DNA of 52,589 nucleotides from Chiloscyllium plagiosum (lineage: Eukaryota), in the NCBI RefSeq assembly GCF_004010195.1, contig NC_057728.1, positions 47,210,311 through 47,262,899 on the forward strand. Direction: 5' to 3'. Below are positions 13,068 to 26,897 of this stretch, one piece after another. The translations under genes and the position numbers were made by a program. Every line of letters starts with the position of its first letter. Position 1 is the first letter of the stretch. The notes beneath the pieces were generated by a model. The model did not search any database. It was not told the DNA's origin and saw only the letters and a list, made by a program, of their open reading frames with translations.

Positions 13068-13441
13068 GGGATGGCAGTAACTGTAGAGAGAATCAGAGTT
13101 AACTTGTTTTAAGTCTGGTACTGACTCTTCTTAAAAACCCCATTTAGTTCTGAAGAAGAGTCATAGCAGACTTTAAATATTAACACTCTACCTCTCTCCA
13201 TAAGTGCTGTTAGATCTGCTGAGTTTTTCCAGCATTCCCTGTGTTTGTTTTAGATTTCCAGCATCCATGGTGTTTTGTTTTTGTATAGACTTTAGTTACA
13301 GATTACTGGGAAATGCTCATGAAGGGCTTATGCCCAAAACATCGATGCTCCTGCTCCTTGGATGCTGCCTGACCTGCTGTGCTTTTCCAGCACCACAATC
13401 TCGACTCTGATCTCCAGCATCTGCAGTCCTCACTTTCTCCT
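13068..13441. mobile_element. Cluster of PLE terminal-repeat fragments (degenerate hammerheads at ~13146 and ~13315)
   Basis: agttctgaagaagagtca...; catgaagggcttatgcccaaaacatcga...gcagtcctcactttctcc. Confidence 0.7.
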
Positions 13442-14023
13442 ATGTGAAATAACTCCACAAAGGCCAGTATCCCATCACCAAGTCACCCTTTATTTATACA
13501 TGGAGAACTTTTGACACTGATCCAGCTCCCTCAGAGCCAGCTGTTAGAGTGAATAGAAAGCCAGGGCTTCCTGATTGGAGCAGATTAACAGCTTCAATCA
13601 GGGAACTCATATTCTATGAGGTCCACCATTATAATCACTACCACATGTAGTAATCCTCATCTTTTACAGCAAAGAGAATTCCTGGTAAAAAAAGAAACAC
13701 CAAAAAACTGCACTCTAGCACAATGCATCAGGAAAGACAACACAATGGAGGATTTTATATACTGATAATCCCAGACCACATTAAAAAGCAAAATTTTGGA
13801 ACCTAGAAGCACATCATAATTTTAAAACACAGAGTCCTGATCAATGAAAAAAAAAGACTATCAAGCTTAACAAAAACTGAGGAATAACTTCAAGAAACAT
13901 GGAAAATTGAGAACAGCCCAGATTGTTAAACTTGGTTACAAAGGCGTTGTGATCTAAACTGTAGCAGAGAGGTTAGAAATAATGAAGTAGTCAAACTCTA
14001 CACTGTACTGGAGCTGAGGTTTA

Positions 14024-14155
14024 AACAATGACTGCAGATGCTGGAAACCAGATTCTGGATTAGTGATTCAGGGAGAGCACAGCAGTTCAGGCAGCATCCG
14101 AGGAGCAGTAAAATCGACGTTTCGGGCAAAAGCCCTTCATCAGGAATACAGGTAA
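14024..14155 (-). mobile_element. 132-bp PLE terminal-repeat insertion, intact hammerhead motif, 10-bp TSD
   Basis: TSD ctgaggttta at 14014-14023 and 14156-14165; near-identical to 3990-4117. Confidence 0.9.
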
Positions 14156-14848
14156 CTGAGGTTTAGCCATTGCTTTGTACCTGTTTAGAACTACTGTTTT
14201 GTTTTTGTACTCAGTCTTTCTATTCATAAAGCCTCAAATGCTGAAGTCTTTTATTGGTTTAACCTACAGGCACTCATATTCAAAATGTTGTAGAAGTCCT
14301 TGACTTCTTTTCCATCCAAAAACTGGAGAATTTTTCCATTGACTATATGCTTTCTTCTCATTTGAATGATATGCTTTTTGCAAAGGCATTGTTAACCCAT
14401 TTAAAAATAGAGACATGTCATTGTGTAGATTTGAAGCCTTAATCTGCTTTTTCACTAACAGTAATTGCAGCCTATGATGCTCAATTGGCTGTCAAAGATG
14501 CTTAAATCATTACATACTACATCATTAAAACAAAAACAAAGTGCTTCTCACACAACCAACACAGGGAGCTGAAATTTATGTTCTCACAAAATTGCTTCTC
14601 GTCTGGGATTAGTGCCCTATTATACTCCTACAGGTTAATATCAGTCTTTAGATTTCTCCAAACATTACCGATTGCTCTAATAACGATAGTGTGAGCTCTG
14701 TCTAATTACTTTAGAGCACTTGAGCAAAGATCTAATTGAGGAATTTAAAGACAATTAAATGAACTATGAGATAGAAAATATATACCCGATTTCCTGCAAT
14801 GGGTGGAGTCCAGAGCTAACAAGTGGAAATAGTCTTAAAATTCAAACA

Positions 14849-15595
14849 ATTAGATAAATGTGAGGTGCAGCAGTTTGGTAAGGCAAATCAGGGCAAATAA
14901 TGATAGGCTCCTGGGGAGTGTTGTTGAACAAAGAGACCTTGGGGGATAGGTTCATAGTTCTTTGAATATGCAGTTACAAGTAGGTAATGTGATACAGCAG
15001 GTGTTTGGTATGCTTACCTTTATTGTTAGTACATTGAGTACAAGAGTTAGGAGGTCATGTGTCTGTACAGGACATTGGTTAGGCTACTTTTGGTATTCTG
15101 CATTCAATTCTGGTCTTCCTGCTGTAAGAAAGATGTTGTGAAATGTGTAAGGGTTCAGAAAAGATTTACCAGGATGTTGTCAGGGTTTGAGCTGAATGGG
15201 TTGGGGCTATTTTCTGTGCAGCATTGGAGACTGAGGGATGACCTTGTAGAGATTTATAAAGTCATGAGGGGCATAGATAGGGTGAACAGCCAAGTACTTT
15301 TCCCCAGGATGGGGGAGTCCAAAACTAGAATGCATAGGTTTAAGGTGAGAAGGGAAAGATTTAAAAGACAATGCTCTCATGCAGAGGGTACTAAGTATAT
15401 GGAATGAGCTGCTAGAGAAGGTGATGGAGCCTGGTACAATTACATTTACCCATCCAGATGTCTTGTATGTGAAGTGGAAGAATTTAAGAAGGATATGGGC
15501 TAAATGCTGGCAAATAGGTCTAGATTAATTTAGGATATCTGGTTGCCATAGCTAAGTTGGACTGAAGAGTCTATTTCTATACTGTACATCTGACA
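14849..15595 (+). mobile_element. CR1 LINE 3' fragment
   Basis: LYRTLVRLLL..CIQFWS...RVQKRFTRML...RLRDDLVEIYKVMRG. Confidence 0.9.
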
Positions 15596-17691
15596 CTTAG
15601 ATTATTCAAGAATAATATCACAAAGGGGAGTAGAAAAGTGGCTCATCAAGAGGCCTAAGGTCACATCATCTGAAAATTTCTGAACTATGACTTAGATATT
15701 TGCTTGTTAAGGGTAATTGTAACCTGATGGACAGACAGATTTGAGATAGATATTAATGATACAATTGAATGGTAGAGCAGGCTAGAAAGGCTGAAAGCTC
15801 TGGAGCTGTTGCTTTATTCTACTAACAAAAGGAGTACAGGCTCACAGAGTGAAAATAATTATCAAAATGTTGACAATGTACTCAGACAGAATAAATCAGT
15901 GACCCACGAGTTTGGCAATGTCACTTTTAGAATTCAGCCAAGTTCAGCTATATTCCAACTTCATTCCCCTTGTTTAGTTCCCAAATCCTGACAATTACAA
16001 AACTGCAGTGACAAGATTGCTTATATGAAGCTGGCTAACTAAACCCCCCAGGGAACACCTTCCTTTGTCAAACAAAGGCTGCAACATACTCAAAGAAAAC
16101 ACACACTCCTATTGGACAGCATTTGGGCATCTCCCATAAGAAGCCTGGAGGAAAGCAGGATTTTCTTTTTTCAAAGTAACATTTTTGTACCTTACTTGTT
16201 GTTCCAAATTCTTGGGAAAGATATAATAGGTTTAAATAACCCAAAATACCAGCTCATCTCATTCTTCTGTCATTTTTATCTGCAACTGACATTGGGTGAA
16301 AGAAACATCTGATTAATTAGCTCTGACAGCCTCCAGTTTCACATCCAACCATCTTGTTTAATACTAGTAGCCTTTAATCATGGTGAAAATGTTGAGTTTT
16401 CTTTTAAAACATGAAGAAATTGACACCAGATGAAATGCTGCTTGCTTCATGTCAATGGTTAACATACATGTGACTATTACCAACAATTGCCTCCACAATT
16501 TTTACAATCAGTTCAATAATTCCCAATAAGCTCAGAGGATGATAGTGTAAACTGCTTTACCTTATGAGATCTGCACGTTATGATACTCTAGATGAGTAAC
16601 TCAACACATACTCTGTCCCTGTGGTTGCTTGCTTCTCATCACATTTAGGTTTCTTCAATGTCTTATGGACTCCTTTATCTACATCTGCATCAGCATATAC
16701 AAGTCCCCAAATATAGCTCCTAAGTGAAATGTATAACATTTCTCTCTTCACATACTGGGGTCTCCTGTCTTACTGATATCAGTCATGTGATCTGTTACAT
16801 CATTATGATTTCCATGAATCCCATTTGATCAGATCTTAACTACACCACCCACCCCCAAGTTTCCATGTACTTGGTTTACATTGTGCCTGAAGTTTATTTT
16901 TACTTATTTACTTACTTAATCCTTACTGTTCCAAGTTCTTGGGAAAGAAATAGTAGGTATAAATACCACAAAATACCAGCATTACTGCATTATTATCATC
17001 ATTACTATTATTACTGTTTTCACTGTTATCACTCATCCCTCAAAGTCCAAATCTCACTGGTAAAAATAAGCTGGAACTGACTGGACATTTCAATCTGATT
17101 CTCTTGAATTCAACAGGAGAATGATGGTGTTGTACTTTGTCTGATATAACTGTACCACTCTGTACACTGTCTGATAGGTAGTGTAGGAATGGCTGTCCTA
17201 CATCCTGTGATAATCATACTCATTTCTTAACTCGAATAAGCTCAATACTTTTCTGTTCCTTCTGAATGTTCCTTTAGGCATTCTGACAATATAAAATCTC
17301 AAATCATCTGTTTGTCTAATAACTGTTTTCTGCTTTCCTGTTCCTTACCAGACTTCCTGCATTAGCTTTAAGGTTGACAGAATTTTCATTGTGTCTACAT
17401 TGTTCCACATCAAATGCTCTTTGCTACTGCTTTTCTCTCTTTGCTTTACTTTCTTGAAAGGTGATGTTTGGCTTCAGTTAGTGTTCTACAACTAGTAAAT
17501 CCAGCCATAATCTCTTCCCCATTATCTATTCAGCTGAAAAGTGCCTTTATTTATTGGTATTGCTCTGTAACTGAGTGGAGATAAACCCTAGCCTGGAATC
17601 TTCTTGTTGCGCATGTTAGTCTTTATTTCAAATTGAATGGAGTATAAAAACAGGGAGTTTTCACTAAACCTATACAAGGTGCTAGTCACTC

Positions 17692-18508
17692 AAAATCATA
17701 GAATCCCTACAGTGTGGAAGCGGGCATAACTCCAACTTGCAGATCATTTTAGAGAACATGTCTGGGACACCCACACCAACCAATCCCACCACCCCATGGC
17801 CCAACACTTCAACACCCCTTCCTACTTCACCAAGGACATGCGGGTCCTGGGCCTCCTCCATTACCACATCCTAACCACCCGACGCCTGCAGGAAGAATGC
17901 CTCATCTTCTGCCTTGGGTCCTGAAACCACACAGGATTAATGAGGATTTCACCAGTTTCCTCATTTTCCCTCCCCTACCTTATCCTAGTCCCAAGCCTCC
18001 AAATCGGCACCGCCCTCTTGACATGTCCAACATCTTTCCCATCTAGCGCTCCACCCTCCTCTCCGACCTATCACCATTACCCCTACCTTCATCTACCTAT
18101 TGCATTCCCAGCCCCATCCCCCTCCCCCTCCCACTTATCTTTCAGCATCCCTAGCCCAGAAGCCTCATTCCTGATGAAGGGCTTATGCCTGAAATGTCGA
18201 TTCTCCTGCTCCTCGGATGCTGCCTGACCTGCTGTGCTTTTCCAGCACCACACTCTCGAGCCACATTCCACCCATTGAGTCCTTACTGACCATCCAAAGA
18301 GCATCCCACTCAGACCCACCCTATAACCCTGAATTACCATGGCCAATTCACCTAACCTGCACAACTTTGAACAGTGAGAGGAAACTGGAGCACCCAGCAA
18401 AAACCTAAGCAGACATGGGGAGAACATGCAAATTCCACACAGTCACCTGAACGTGAAATCAAGCCTGGGTCCCTATGAGGTAGCACTGCCGACCACTGAA
18501 GCCACCCC
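17692..18508 (-). mobile_element. HE1-like tRNA-derived SINE split by a PLE insertion
   Basis: Tail agaatccctacagtgtggaa at ~17700; body and head (ggccaattcacctaacctgcac...gggagaacatgcaaattccacacag) at 18260-18508. Confidence 0.7.
17728..18259 (+). mobile_element. PLE 3' fragment (endonuclease end plus pseudo-LTR with hammerhead motif)
   Basis: Same family as 3990-5830; cattcCTGATGAagggcttatgcctGAAAtgtcgattc at ~18166-18203. Confidence 0.8.
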
Positions 18509-18509
18509 T

Positions 18510-19060
18510 TCAGTCTTGGATACTTTGAATGTTTTTTGTCCCCTTATCTAAGGAAAGGTATATTGGCATTGGAAAGATTCCATAAAAGGTTCACTAAATT
18601 GATTCCAGGCATGGAACCCTCTTATGAGGACAGGATATGTAGGTTATTCACTGGAGTTAAGGAGAATGAAGTATGGCCCTATTGAAACCCATTGAATTCT
18701 TAAAGATATTGATAGGATAGATGCAATTAGTTTGTTTGCATTGTGGGAGAGTTTAGGTTCAAGGGGCATAATCTAAGAATAAGAAGTCACCCATTTATGA
18801 CAGAGATGAAGAGGATTTTCTCTCTCAGGGAATGGTGAATATGTGGAATTCTTTACTGCAAAAGACCGTCAAGACTGGGTGGTTAAATAAATTGAAGACT
18901 GAGATAGAATTTTAATCAGTTGGAGAATCAAGGGTTACAGGGAAAAGGCAGGAATTGTGATTGCAGATTGTCAGATCAGATATGGTTTCATTGAAGAGTG
19001 GATTGAACTTGATGAGCCGACTGGTCTACTTCGGCTTCCACATCCTCTGGTCTTATGGTT
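18510..19060 (+). mobile_element. Old degenerate CR1 LINE 3' fragment
   Basis: Decayed RT-end and 3' UTR blocks (aggttcactaaattgattccagg; tgtggaattcttta). Confidence 0.65.
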
Positions 19061-19948
19061 GCTTCCAATTAGCCCCCACGCACCCTCCCCCCCCCCACCC
19101 CCCTGCTTGTGTCATGAACGTAGTCAGCAATCATCACTCTAGATCTCAAGTCAGAACCCAGTTTTTGGGAAAAAAGATTGCTTGTTGCCAATTTTGGTAA
19201 ACTATCACCAACAGACAAAATAGATGGAATAAATTATTTTTCCTAACTCTCTTGCTTAACAGAGTGAGATCCATACAATGATAGCACTCCATTTTTGTAC
19301 TGCTGAAAAAAGACACATTTTTGTCAAAGGTTTTTGTCTTTTGGATTCATAAGGACATTTTGCAAAAATAATTTAAGGGGATAGATGACATTTATACTGC
19401 ATAATAGGAGAGTGTTGTTTGGCTGGCAAATGGTATGATTGATAAAGCCAGCCCCATGGATTATACAGCAGTTAATGATGATTTGCAGTTAACTGCCGGG
19501 TTTTGTATTTATTTAAAAGCAGGGATGTTGACTCTGATTGGTCAAGGCATTGTACTGAGAAATGAATGGTTGTCACCTATTTTGTTGAAACAAGAACAGT
19601 GCATGTCTGCTATTTGTCTTGAGCACAGTTATTAACCCTGGTCATCATGGTGTCAGATCTGTCACTGATGTTATATCCCAATTTTCAATGATGCTGTTTT
19701 ACTGGCATTTCACATATTTCCATCAAAGAATGAGAAATATTCTGGGGAGTGTATAGACAGTTAAGTTTAGCATCTTCTTGAAGACTAATGTGATATTCAT
19801 ATTTCAATTTCTCTAAACCTTTAAATAGCTTTTAGAAATTATTTTTGAAATGTTCTCCCATCTTCATTCTGAAGTACTTTATCCACTCTCAGTGACCTAG
19901 ATGAATAAATGCATTTCTGCTCAACAATGAGATATTCAGCATTTTCAG

Positions 19949-20030
19949 GAGAAAGTGAGGTCTGCAGATGCTGGAGATCAGAGATGGAAATGTGTTGCTG
20001 GAAAAGCGCAGCAGGTCAGGCAGCATCTAG
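19949..20030 (-). mobile_element. 82-bp PLE 3'-end insertion flanked by a 42-bp direct repeat
   Basis: Identical 42-mers at 19907-19948 and 20031-20072. Confidence 0.9.
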
Positions 20031-20539
20031 AAATGCATTTCTGCTCAACAATGAGATATTCAGCATTTTCAGCAAATATCATGTTTCACTGATATTTCAT
20101 TGTCTCTGACTGAGCTTATGGTGGTTTGTCCACAAATCTGTGCCTCCTGGATGGTGGAAATTTATGTTACAAAAACAGAAATTGCTGAAAAGGCTCAGCA
20201 GGTCTGACCGCATCTGTTGACAGAAATCAAAGTTAATGTTTTGGGTCAATTGAACATTTCTCAGTTTTATGTTAGCTGGTCTGACTTTCACAAAATGTCG
20301 GCAATCTGTCTGTCTGTATTGAAACAGGTGCTCAGTTGTTTGGTTCATTCGCTATTTCAAAGGTTTACACCTTCACAATGATGTTCCAGAATTTATTTTG
20401 ACTCTAGGAATGTTGATTTCTTATTTTATTCTGTGTATTTAGCTTCTTCACATTTTTCTGCACTGCATGATTTCAGTTCGTCTGCACATTTTCCTTTCTC
20501 AGGATCTTTTGTCTTCTTTTTCAAGTGATGAAACTACTG

Positions 20540-21210
20540 CTAATTTACAATATTTTCCCAAGTGTCCAATAGTCACCCTTAGAGCACTCAGCTCCTTGTG
20601 GTGAACATTTATTGCACTTGTGGTTCTGTTTGGAAATACATCTTGTCCAACCTAATATGGTTGATGATGTTTGTTTGCTCTCTTTTAGTGGGTTCGTAGA
20701 AGGATGATGACACCTTCTTGGGGCCTAACCATCCAATCATGTCAGAAGAATCCAGGATGATCCCTTACAGTACTGACCGATTTCTGCTCCTGTGGTGAAT
20801 TGGATTCAGTGCAAAATCCTCTTTGGATTGAAGAAGGCCTGACAATGTTTCACCCCTCAGACCCATGATTAGATACTCTAATTAATTTATTCTTCAAAGC
20901 TCCATACTTATTACATCCTGCAAGATGATAAAAATCTGTCAAAATCTTCTACTGATTCTCCCAAATGCTCAGATGACTGAATAGTTCTTGCCATTCTGTA
21001 CTAAATTTATTTTGAGCTAAAGTAAACAGCAACTATGTTAACCAATGCATAATCCATGGTAATACTGTCTTCCACACTTTGTCTTCCCAGAACATCATGA
21101 GATATTAGACTTACAGCATGTAAAAAAGTGTTGGCTTAATGGCACTGTTCCTTGGCATACAACTCTGATGCACTTCAACAGCACTGAAACCATTTGCACT
21201 TCTGGCCTCA
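20540..21210 (-). mobile_element. Fossil Gypsy/Ty3-type gag
   Basis: Manual translation across stops/frameshifts: KWFQCC*SASELYAKEQCH*ANTFLHAV; GESVEDF/DFYHLAGCNKYGALKNKLIR; KCSPQGAECSK/IGHLGKYCK (zinc-knuckle-like), in gag order. Confidence 0.6.
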
Positions 21211-21293
21211 TTTTGTGCCTTCTGCTTCATCATATGGTTGAGGTACTGGCAAACTGCCATCCCTACAGAGGATTGTGCTTGACTCTAGCGACT

Positions 21294-22035
21294 TGTTATG
21301 AAGGTGTAGGTGTGCACTGTACCTTAAAGAGAGAGAGGAAGCTAGCAAGGACTGAAAGCACAGAGTGTGCTGAATAAAATGTAACATTTGGTTGACACAA
21401 ATAGCTGGTGTTGTGTTGCCACAGTACAAAAACATATTCAAATTCGGCCAATCAGTTCAAATTATGCCCCAGAGACCAAAATCCAAGCAAAGTTGGATTT
21501 AATGTTTTGATGACATCAAACCAATGAAATGATCCAATGCTTTGGGGTATAAAACCAGACATTTTGAACAATTAGGAGGACAACAGCAAACAGCACCAAC
21601 AAGTACAGATGGCCAGCCGAATAGCTCTGTGAAAGGTACCTGTCCATAAGAAAAGTTGTGCAGCAGAAGACCGAAGAAATGGTGACCCAGGAAAATACAG
21701 AGGAAAATGTACAGAGGGAATTCTACAAAGAAGAATCCACAAAGTTAGCTGGTTTTGAAAGGTGATTTTTTTTTGTAAACCTTAATCGGGGTTTTTTATC
21801 GGACCAATATTGCAGAGTGAGAGGTAAAAGATTAGTTTAAGAGAAATGAGTTGTAAATAGTTGTGGTTTTAATGTTCTCTGGTGGACTTGAACAATAAAA
21901 TTGTTAATTTTTACTCTAAGTAGTGAAATCTGGGATAGTTCTTTGCCTCTCGAAATTTAACAGATTACGGCGCGAAGTGAGTTTCTCTATGTGTCAGGAT
22001 TAAATTAGTAGAAAGGTTTACCCGGCGTCGTAACA
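21294..22035 (+). mobile_element. Solo LTR (~742 bp)
   Basis: tgttatga...tcgtaaca inverted termini; tataaaa ~21548 and aataaa ~21894; homologous to 50973-51709. No clear TSD. Confidence 0.75.
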
Positions 22036-22995
22036 CTATCAAAATTTCAGGATCCTGTCTTTTTATTCTCTACTAATTGACTGATGATTGGGACAGACTT
22101 CTCTTGTTTGACATAAATGTAGCAATCATACAGCAAGGATTGGTAAGACTTAAATGTGGGTTCTCTCATTGAGGATACATCTCTGTACAGACACTGTTAA
22201 GTGTTATGAGCCAATGCAGTGACATTAGATGATCAAATATCAGATTTGGTCCAGTACAGCCTGCAACCATAGCAACACTATCTTATACATCTATAGTTAC
22301 AGTTGATGATCTCTTGTTACAATACCTCATTTTATTGTCTTCTATTTCACATTGACTGATTTCATCCTTACTGAAGTGCCAAGAAAAAGATCTGCTTTGC
22401 CAAGATATTGGTTAAAAATATAAAACAAAGTCTGTCTCTGCAAGCTCATTCCAACATAAAACAGATTGAGCTGAGTTGGTGTAGCATTCCCTCTTGGGTG
22501 GTATTTTGGCATTTTCTGTTCAATTTGGAACAGTCACTGTTGTATGAGGTGGACAATACACAGCGAAACATTTTGCAACTGCATAAAGTTCTAAATGATT
22601 ACATTTCAGTTCCTGTGAGGATTGTATGATGCACAGATTCATCTCTGATAGCAGTATTTGAATCCTACCCAGAGTGACAATATAGAATCCTTCTGTGTTT
22701 TTTTGGCTTTTAGGAATAAAATTGATTGAATCTCAAAACATCACCCACTAGGCCCACAGCAGTAAACTGCCTTGAAAGCAATTCTAACTGGCTATGTCAG
22801 CCAAAGAGGCTACAAAATGGACCTTGTGACGATGGGAAATGCTGCATTAATGTAAGAGAGATTTTCCTCTTGGTTTCATTCTGAACAGTAAACTTACTGT
22901 TTGGCGAACAGTAGCAAACTTTAATCCATTTTATTGTATTGATTTTAGCTTGGCATTTAGTTAATATGGGTATTGCTTGTCTAAAGACAGAGTAG

Positions 22996-23139
22996 TGGCA
23001 GAAGTCGACCTGAAGAGTCCTGAAGAAAGATTACACCCGAAACGTCAAGTTCTGCACCTCCTGATGCTGTGTGGCTTGCTGTGTTCTTCCAGCCTCCTGC
23101 CTGTCTACTTTGGATTCCAGCATCTGCAATTTTTCTGTC
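22996..23139 (+). mobile_element. Short PLE terminal-repeat insertion with 16-bp TSD
   Basis: TSD tctaaaga(c/t)agagtag at 22980-22995 and 23140-23155; cCTGAAGAaagattacacccGAAAcgtc (stem II decayed). Confidence 0.8.
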
Positions 23140-23185
23140 TCTAAAGATAGAGTAGAACAGGCTATATCAATATGAAGCAATAATG

Positions 23186-23945
23186 TTAGCTTTGGCTCAG
23201 TTGATACACTCGTGTGGCGACAGGTGGTTTTAATGTCCTCTCCAGTGACCCAAGCACAAAAGTTAGTATGACACTCTGGTGCAGGACCAAAAGAGTGCTG
23301 TACTGTCAAAGATGCCATCTTTCAGATGAAAGGTAAAATCATATGGGTGGATGTAAAAGAACTTGTTGACTTTACTTCACAGAGGAGGAGAGGTGTCACC
23401 TATGTCCTGGCCAACAGACATGGCTCAACCAATATTGATCAAGGATGGCACATTGGCTCAGTGAGTAGCACTGCTGCCTCACAGCACCAGGGATCAGGGT
23501 TCGATTCCACCCTCGGGTGATTATCTGGGTGGAGGTTGCACATTCTCCCTGCGTCTGCATAAGTTCCCTCTGGGTATGCTGGTTTCATCCCACTGTCAAA
23601 AGATGTGCAGGTTAGATGTATTATCTATGTTAAATTGCCCCATATTATGCAAAGATGTGCAGGCTGAGTGGCTTAGCCATGGGAATGGGGGAGGTGGAGG
23701 GGGGGGCACAGGTATGGGTGGTTGGACTTGATGGGCTAAATGGGTTATTTCCACACTGTAGGAATTCTCTAATTCAGTGGATATTCTGGTCAATATCACA
23801 TTGTTGTTTATACAAGACATTTCTGTGCCTGTTTCCCTGAATTAGCTACTGCATTTCCTACATTTAACAACAGTGACTATGCTTCTGCAGTATTTCATTT
23901 CTTGTCTTATCCTTTGGGAAACAGACTATATGCATTTTTTTTTGT
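23186..23945 (+). mobile_element. DeuSINE-like (SacSINE1-type) SINE interrupted by an HE1-like SINE
   Basis: Deu-domain-like gagtgctgtactgtcaaagatgccatctttcagatga...tgtcctggccaa; tail tttcctacatttaacaacagtgacta resumes after ~23780. Confidence 0.6.
23444..23772 (+). mobile_element. HE1-like tRNA-derived SINE
   Basis: A box tggctcagtgag, B box ggttcgattcc; V-domain-like tgcacattctccc...aaagatgtgcaggttag; CR1-like tail tttccacactgtagg. Confidence 0.8.
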
Positions 23946-24369
23946 CAATAAAAGCGATTGGAATATTTGCACAAAAACGCTTTCAAAAATATTTTTATAG
24001 GAACACTACACATTTTATGGATATTCCACAGAAGCAACATTTTAGCAAAACAGTAACTAACGAAGGAGTGGGACATTTAATTTGGAGTTTGAAATCAGAA
24101 AATCTTGCAAGCTTGATATCAATATCGTTGTCAGCTAAATTGCTGCACATTCTCTAATACATATTTGAGCATGCTTTTGATAAGTAAAAGTGGGTCACAT
24201 TTAATATAAGGGAAGGCTTCAAATATCAGATGAATTCTGGATTTTTCAGTTATAAACAGATTTAAAATCTGACAGGATATAGACACAGAATTAGGAAATA
24301 TACAACTTCAAAAAACAAAATCATCCTGAAACCTATCAATTTGAATATTATATGATCTCACGTTGTCAA

Positions 24370-24517
24370 AAGGTTACTGTGAACCAAATGGGTTTTTAAT
24401 GACAAGTGGTCACCAGCTTTTCATTCAAATTTCACCATCTTCCATGATGGGATTCAAACCCATCTTGCCAGAACATTAGCCTGGGCTACTAGTCCAGTGA
24501 CATCACCACTACACTAC
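24370..24517 (-). mobile_element. tRNA-derived SINE fragment (same family as 29103-29428)
   Basis: Reverse complement gives gtagtggtgatgtcactggactagta...gggtttgaatcccatcatgg.agatggtgaaatttgaa. Confidence 0.55.
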
Positions 24518-26897
24518 TGTCTCCCTTGAAGGGGTGCCCAATTCAGCAGAGAGGAGTCCTGTGTGTTTAATAGAATTAAGGTCCCTATTTTGCAGTTGGA
24601 CATTGATGCGGTTTTAACCAGAGCTTGAGTGGAGAGGTCGCCATTGCTGTTGCACTGCATATGGGAATGTCTGCAGCTATTCTGAAGAGAAAAGTGTTTT
24701 TCCTCTGAATCGGAACTGTTCCTTTGTAAGTCAGCTAGGGTTAGCATGAGTGTTTGTCCAGGACACCACACATGGAAAGTCAAAGCCTCCCAAACTCCTT
24801 CTCTTCCTTGTGAAATCCTCCCAAAATATTTTCAAGACCACTAACATGGATGCAGGTGTATGATCTTCATCTGTCAGCAGCTACACTTGACTCTTGTCAC
24901 CCCCTGTACTGAGCAGGAGATGCAGCAGTGGAATCTAAATGAGACCAGGGAAGCAGTGGTCAAGTAAAAAATCAACTTGTCAGAGTGATTTCCATTCAGT
25001 AATGAACTCAGAGTTAAAATCTGTTGCTTGTCTGTGTAGCTTAACGTGGAATATTGCCTGGTAATATATTAAGCACTGAGTGCACTTCTGTGACAACTTG
25101 ACCTATTATAAATTGCAATGTCCACATTCACAGTAGGCACTCATCACAATGTAATTACGCCTCAATTCTGTGTCTCTAGTTCCATAGTTTCCACTGCAGA
25201 TAAACCCTTAAGATTCAAGTGACTCAAAACTGGCTGCAAATTTTCAAACCAATTCAAGGTAAAAATATTCTAGCAAAATACATGATTTAAAGTGGGGACA
25301 GGATTACACCTATCCTGGACAGATCACTCTTCTATGCCCCAATTCAGCTGCACAGGACAATTAAATCTGTCTCAATTTACATCCCCACCTTCTCCACCAT
25401 GAAATGCCACAAAAGACTAACTATATTTTTTTTCTTCAGGATTCAGATATGTGAAACAATTAAACTGGGATTAAATATCCTCGAACCTGTTTCATTACCT
25501 TCATCTTCAAGACTGAAATTCAATTTTATGGTGTTTCAAAGCAGGAATTGCCATATCAGCTCTCTGTCATGCCATCACTACCCTTACCATTGTTCTCAAC
25601 AGGTAGTTCATTCAAGATGCAACTTTATTTTTAAGATGTCTTGTCTTATTGTATCTTTTGAGGCAGTTCTGAAAACCTCTTGGGGGTTAGTGTTCCTGCC
25701 AAGATATTTGTTATTCCATTGTCTTGGTGAATTTGTGATTGATTAAGAAACCCTTAACTTCATAATATTGACCATGGCATAGTGGATGGATGATTTTACA
25801 AAGCTGGGAATTGTCTGCAACATTGCAATTAAATGTTCATTTGCTCTTTGTTTCACAGCTCCCAGGTGAACAAATGTTTTAGTTTATTAATCAGCAGTTT
25901 GATTACATTATGGGAAATCGATCTAGATTTCAACTCTTTGACAGCAAGTGCAGTTTTACTTATGTTCATGAAATACCAAATAATATCCAAACTTCCCAAT
26001 GACAGATGCCATAGTTAAATTCAATCTTAACTCGGTTTTCGTCAGTATAAGTGAATAAAGCACATAGAATTCTTACTGTGTGCCGAGAAAACAATGAAAA
26101 GGTTTTGGGGTGAATTTTTCGGCGCAGGAGTCAGGAGCTTGACATTGTGACAGGACCATATACAGGTTTTGATTCTGATGGAGCAGAATCTTTCAGACCT
26201 ATTTGAAGCTGGGAAGGAGGCAGGAGATGGGCAGCTGGGAAAATAGATGAATTGTTAGCAGGATGGACACCCTACTCTTTCCAGCCTCTATTCAAGTAAG
26301 TTCTGAGTGGGAAGGCCCACTCCACTTAAGATGCTAAACATGATCAATTAACTACCAACTAAGGAACAAGTAAGGGCCTGCTCCGATCTGAGCAGCAATT
26401 TCCTCAGCTCCATTTGAGACAAAGAGGAGGCAACATACCCAATTGGTAAAGCAACATAGGCCACGTGTCACTGTGTAGGATGTGCCTCAATCTGCACTAA
26501 TTTGTGGGTGATTGAAGTTACAGACATTGTGCAGGGTTTGGCCACAGACAGCACCCCTGCTGCCCCTTGATTACAATCCATCTCCCACCACTTCATGCAT
26601 TTCCCAACCCCAGTAAAGCACTTTGTTTCCTGTGATTTTGGTCCTCCTGGAAGCAGCCTCCGTTTTCTTGCTGGCACTGGAGGGTAAGAGATGCCAGCTT
26701 GGACTGCATGGAGTCTTGATTTCAGAGAAAGGCCCATCGTTGCTCTCCAAACTGTCTCATTCAAGGAATATCTAGCGTGTCTTGCTCTGAGGAGTCAGCG
26801 GGAGGGTTTTGCCAACTTTAGATGGTGACAAAATAGTGGCTCCATTGCAAAGTGGCCCCAAATGACTGGGAGCCCCTAACTGGCTGCCCATCTTCCG

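Noticed and set aside
23444..23520. tRNA gene
   Set aside because: A/B boxes belong to a SINE head followed by SINE body and tail; no cloverleaf evident.
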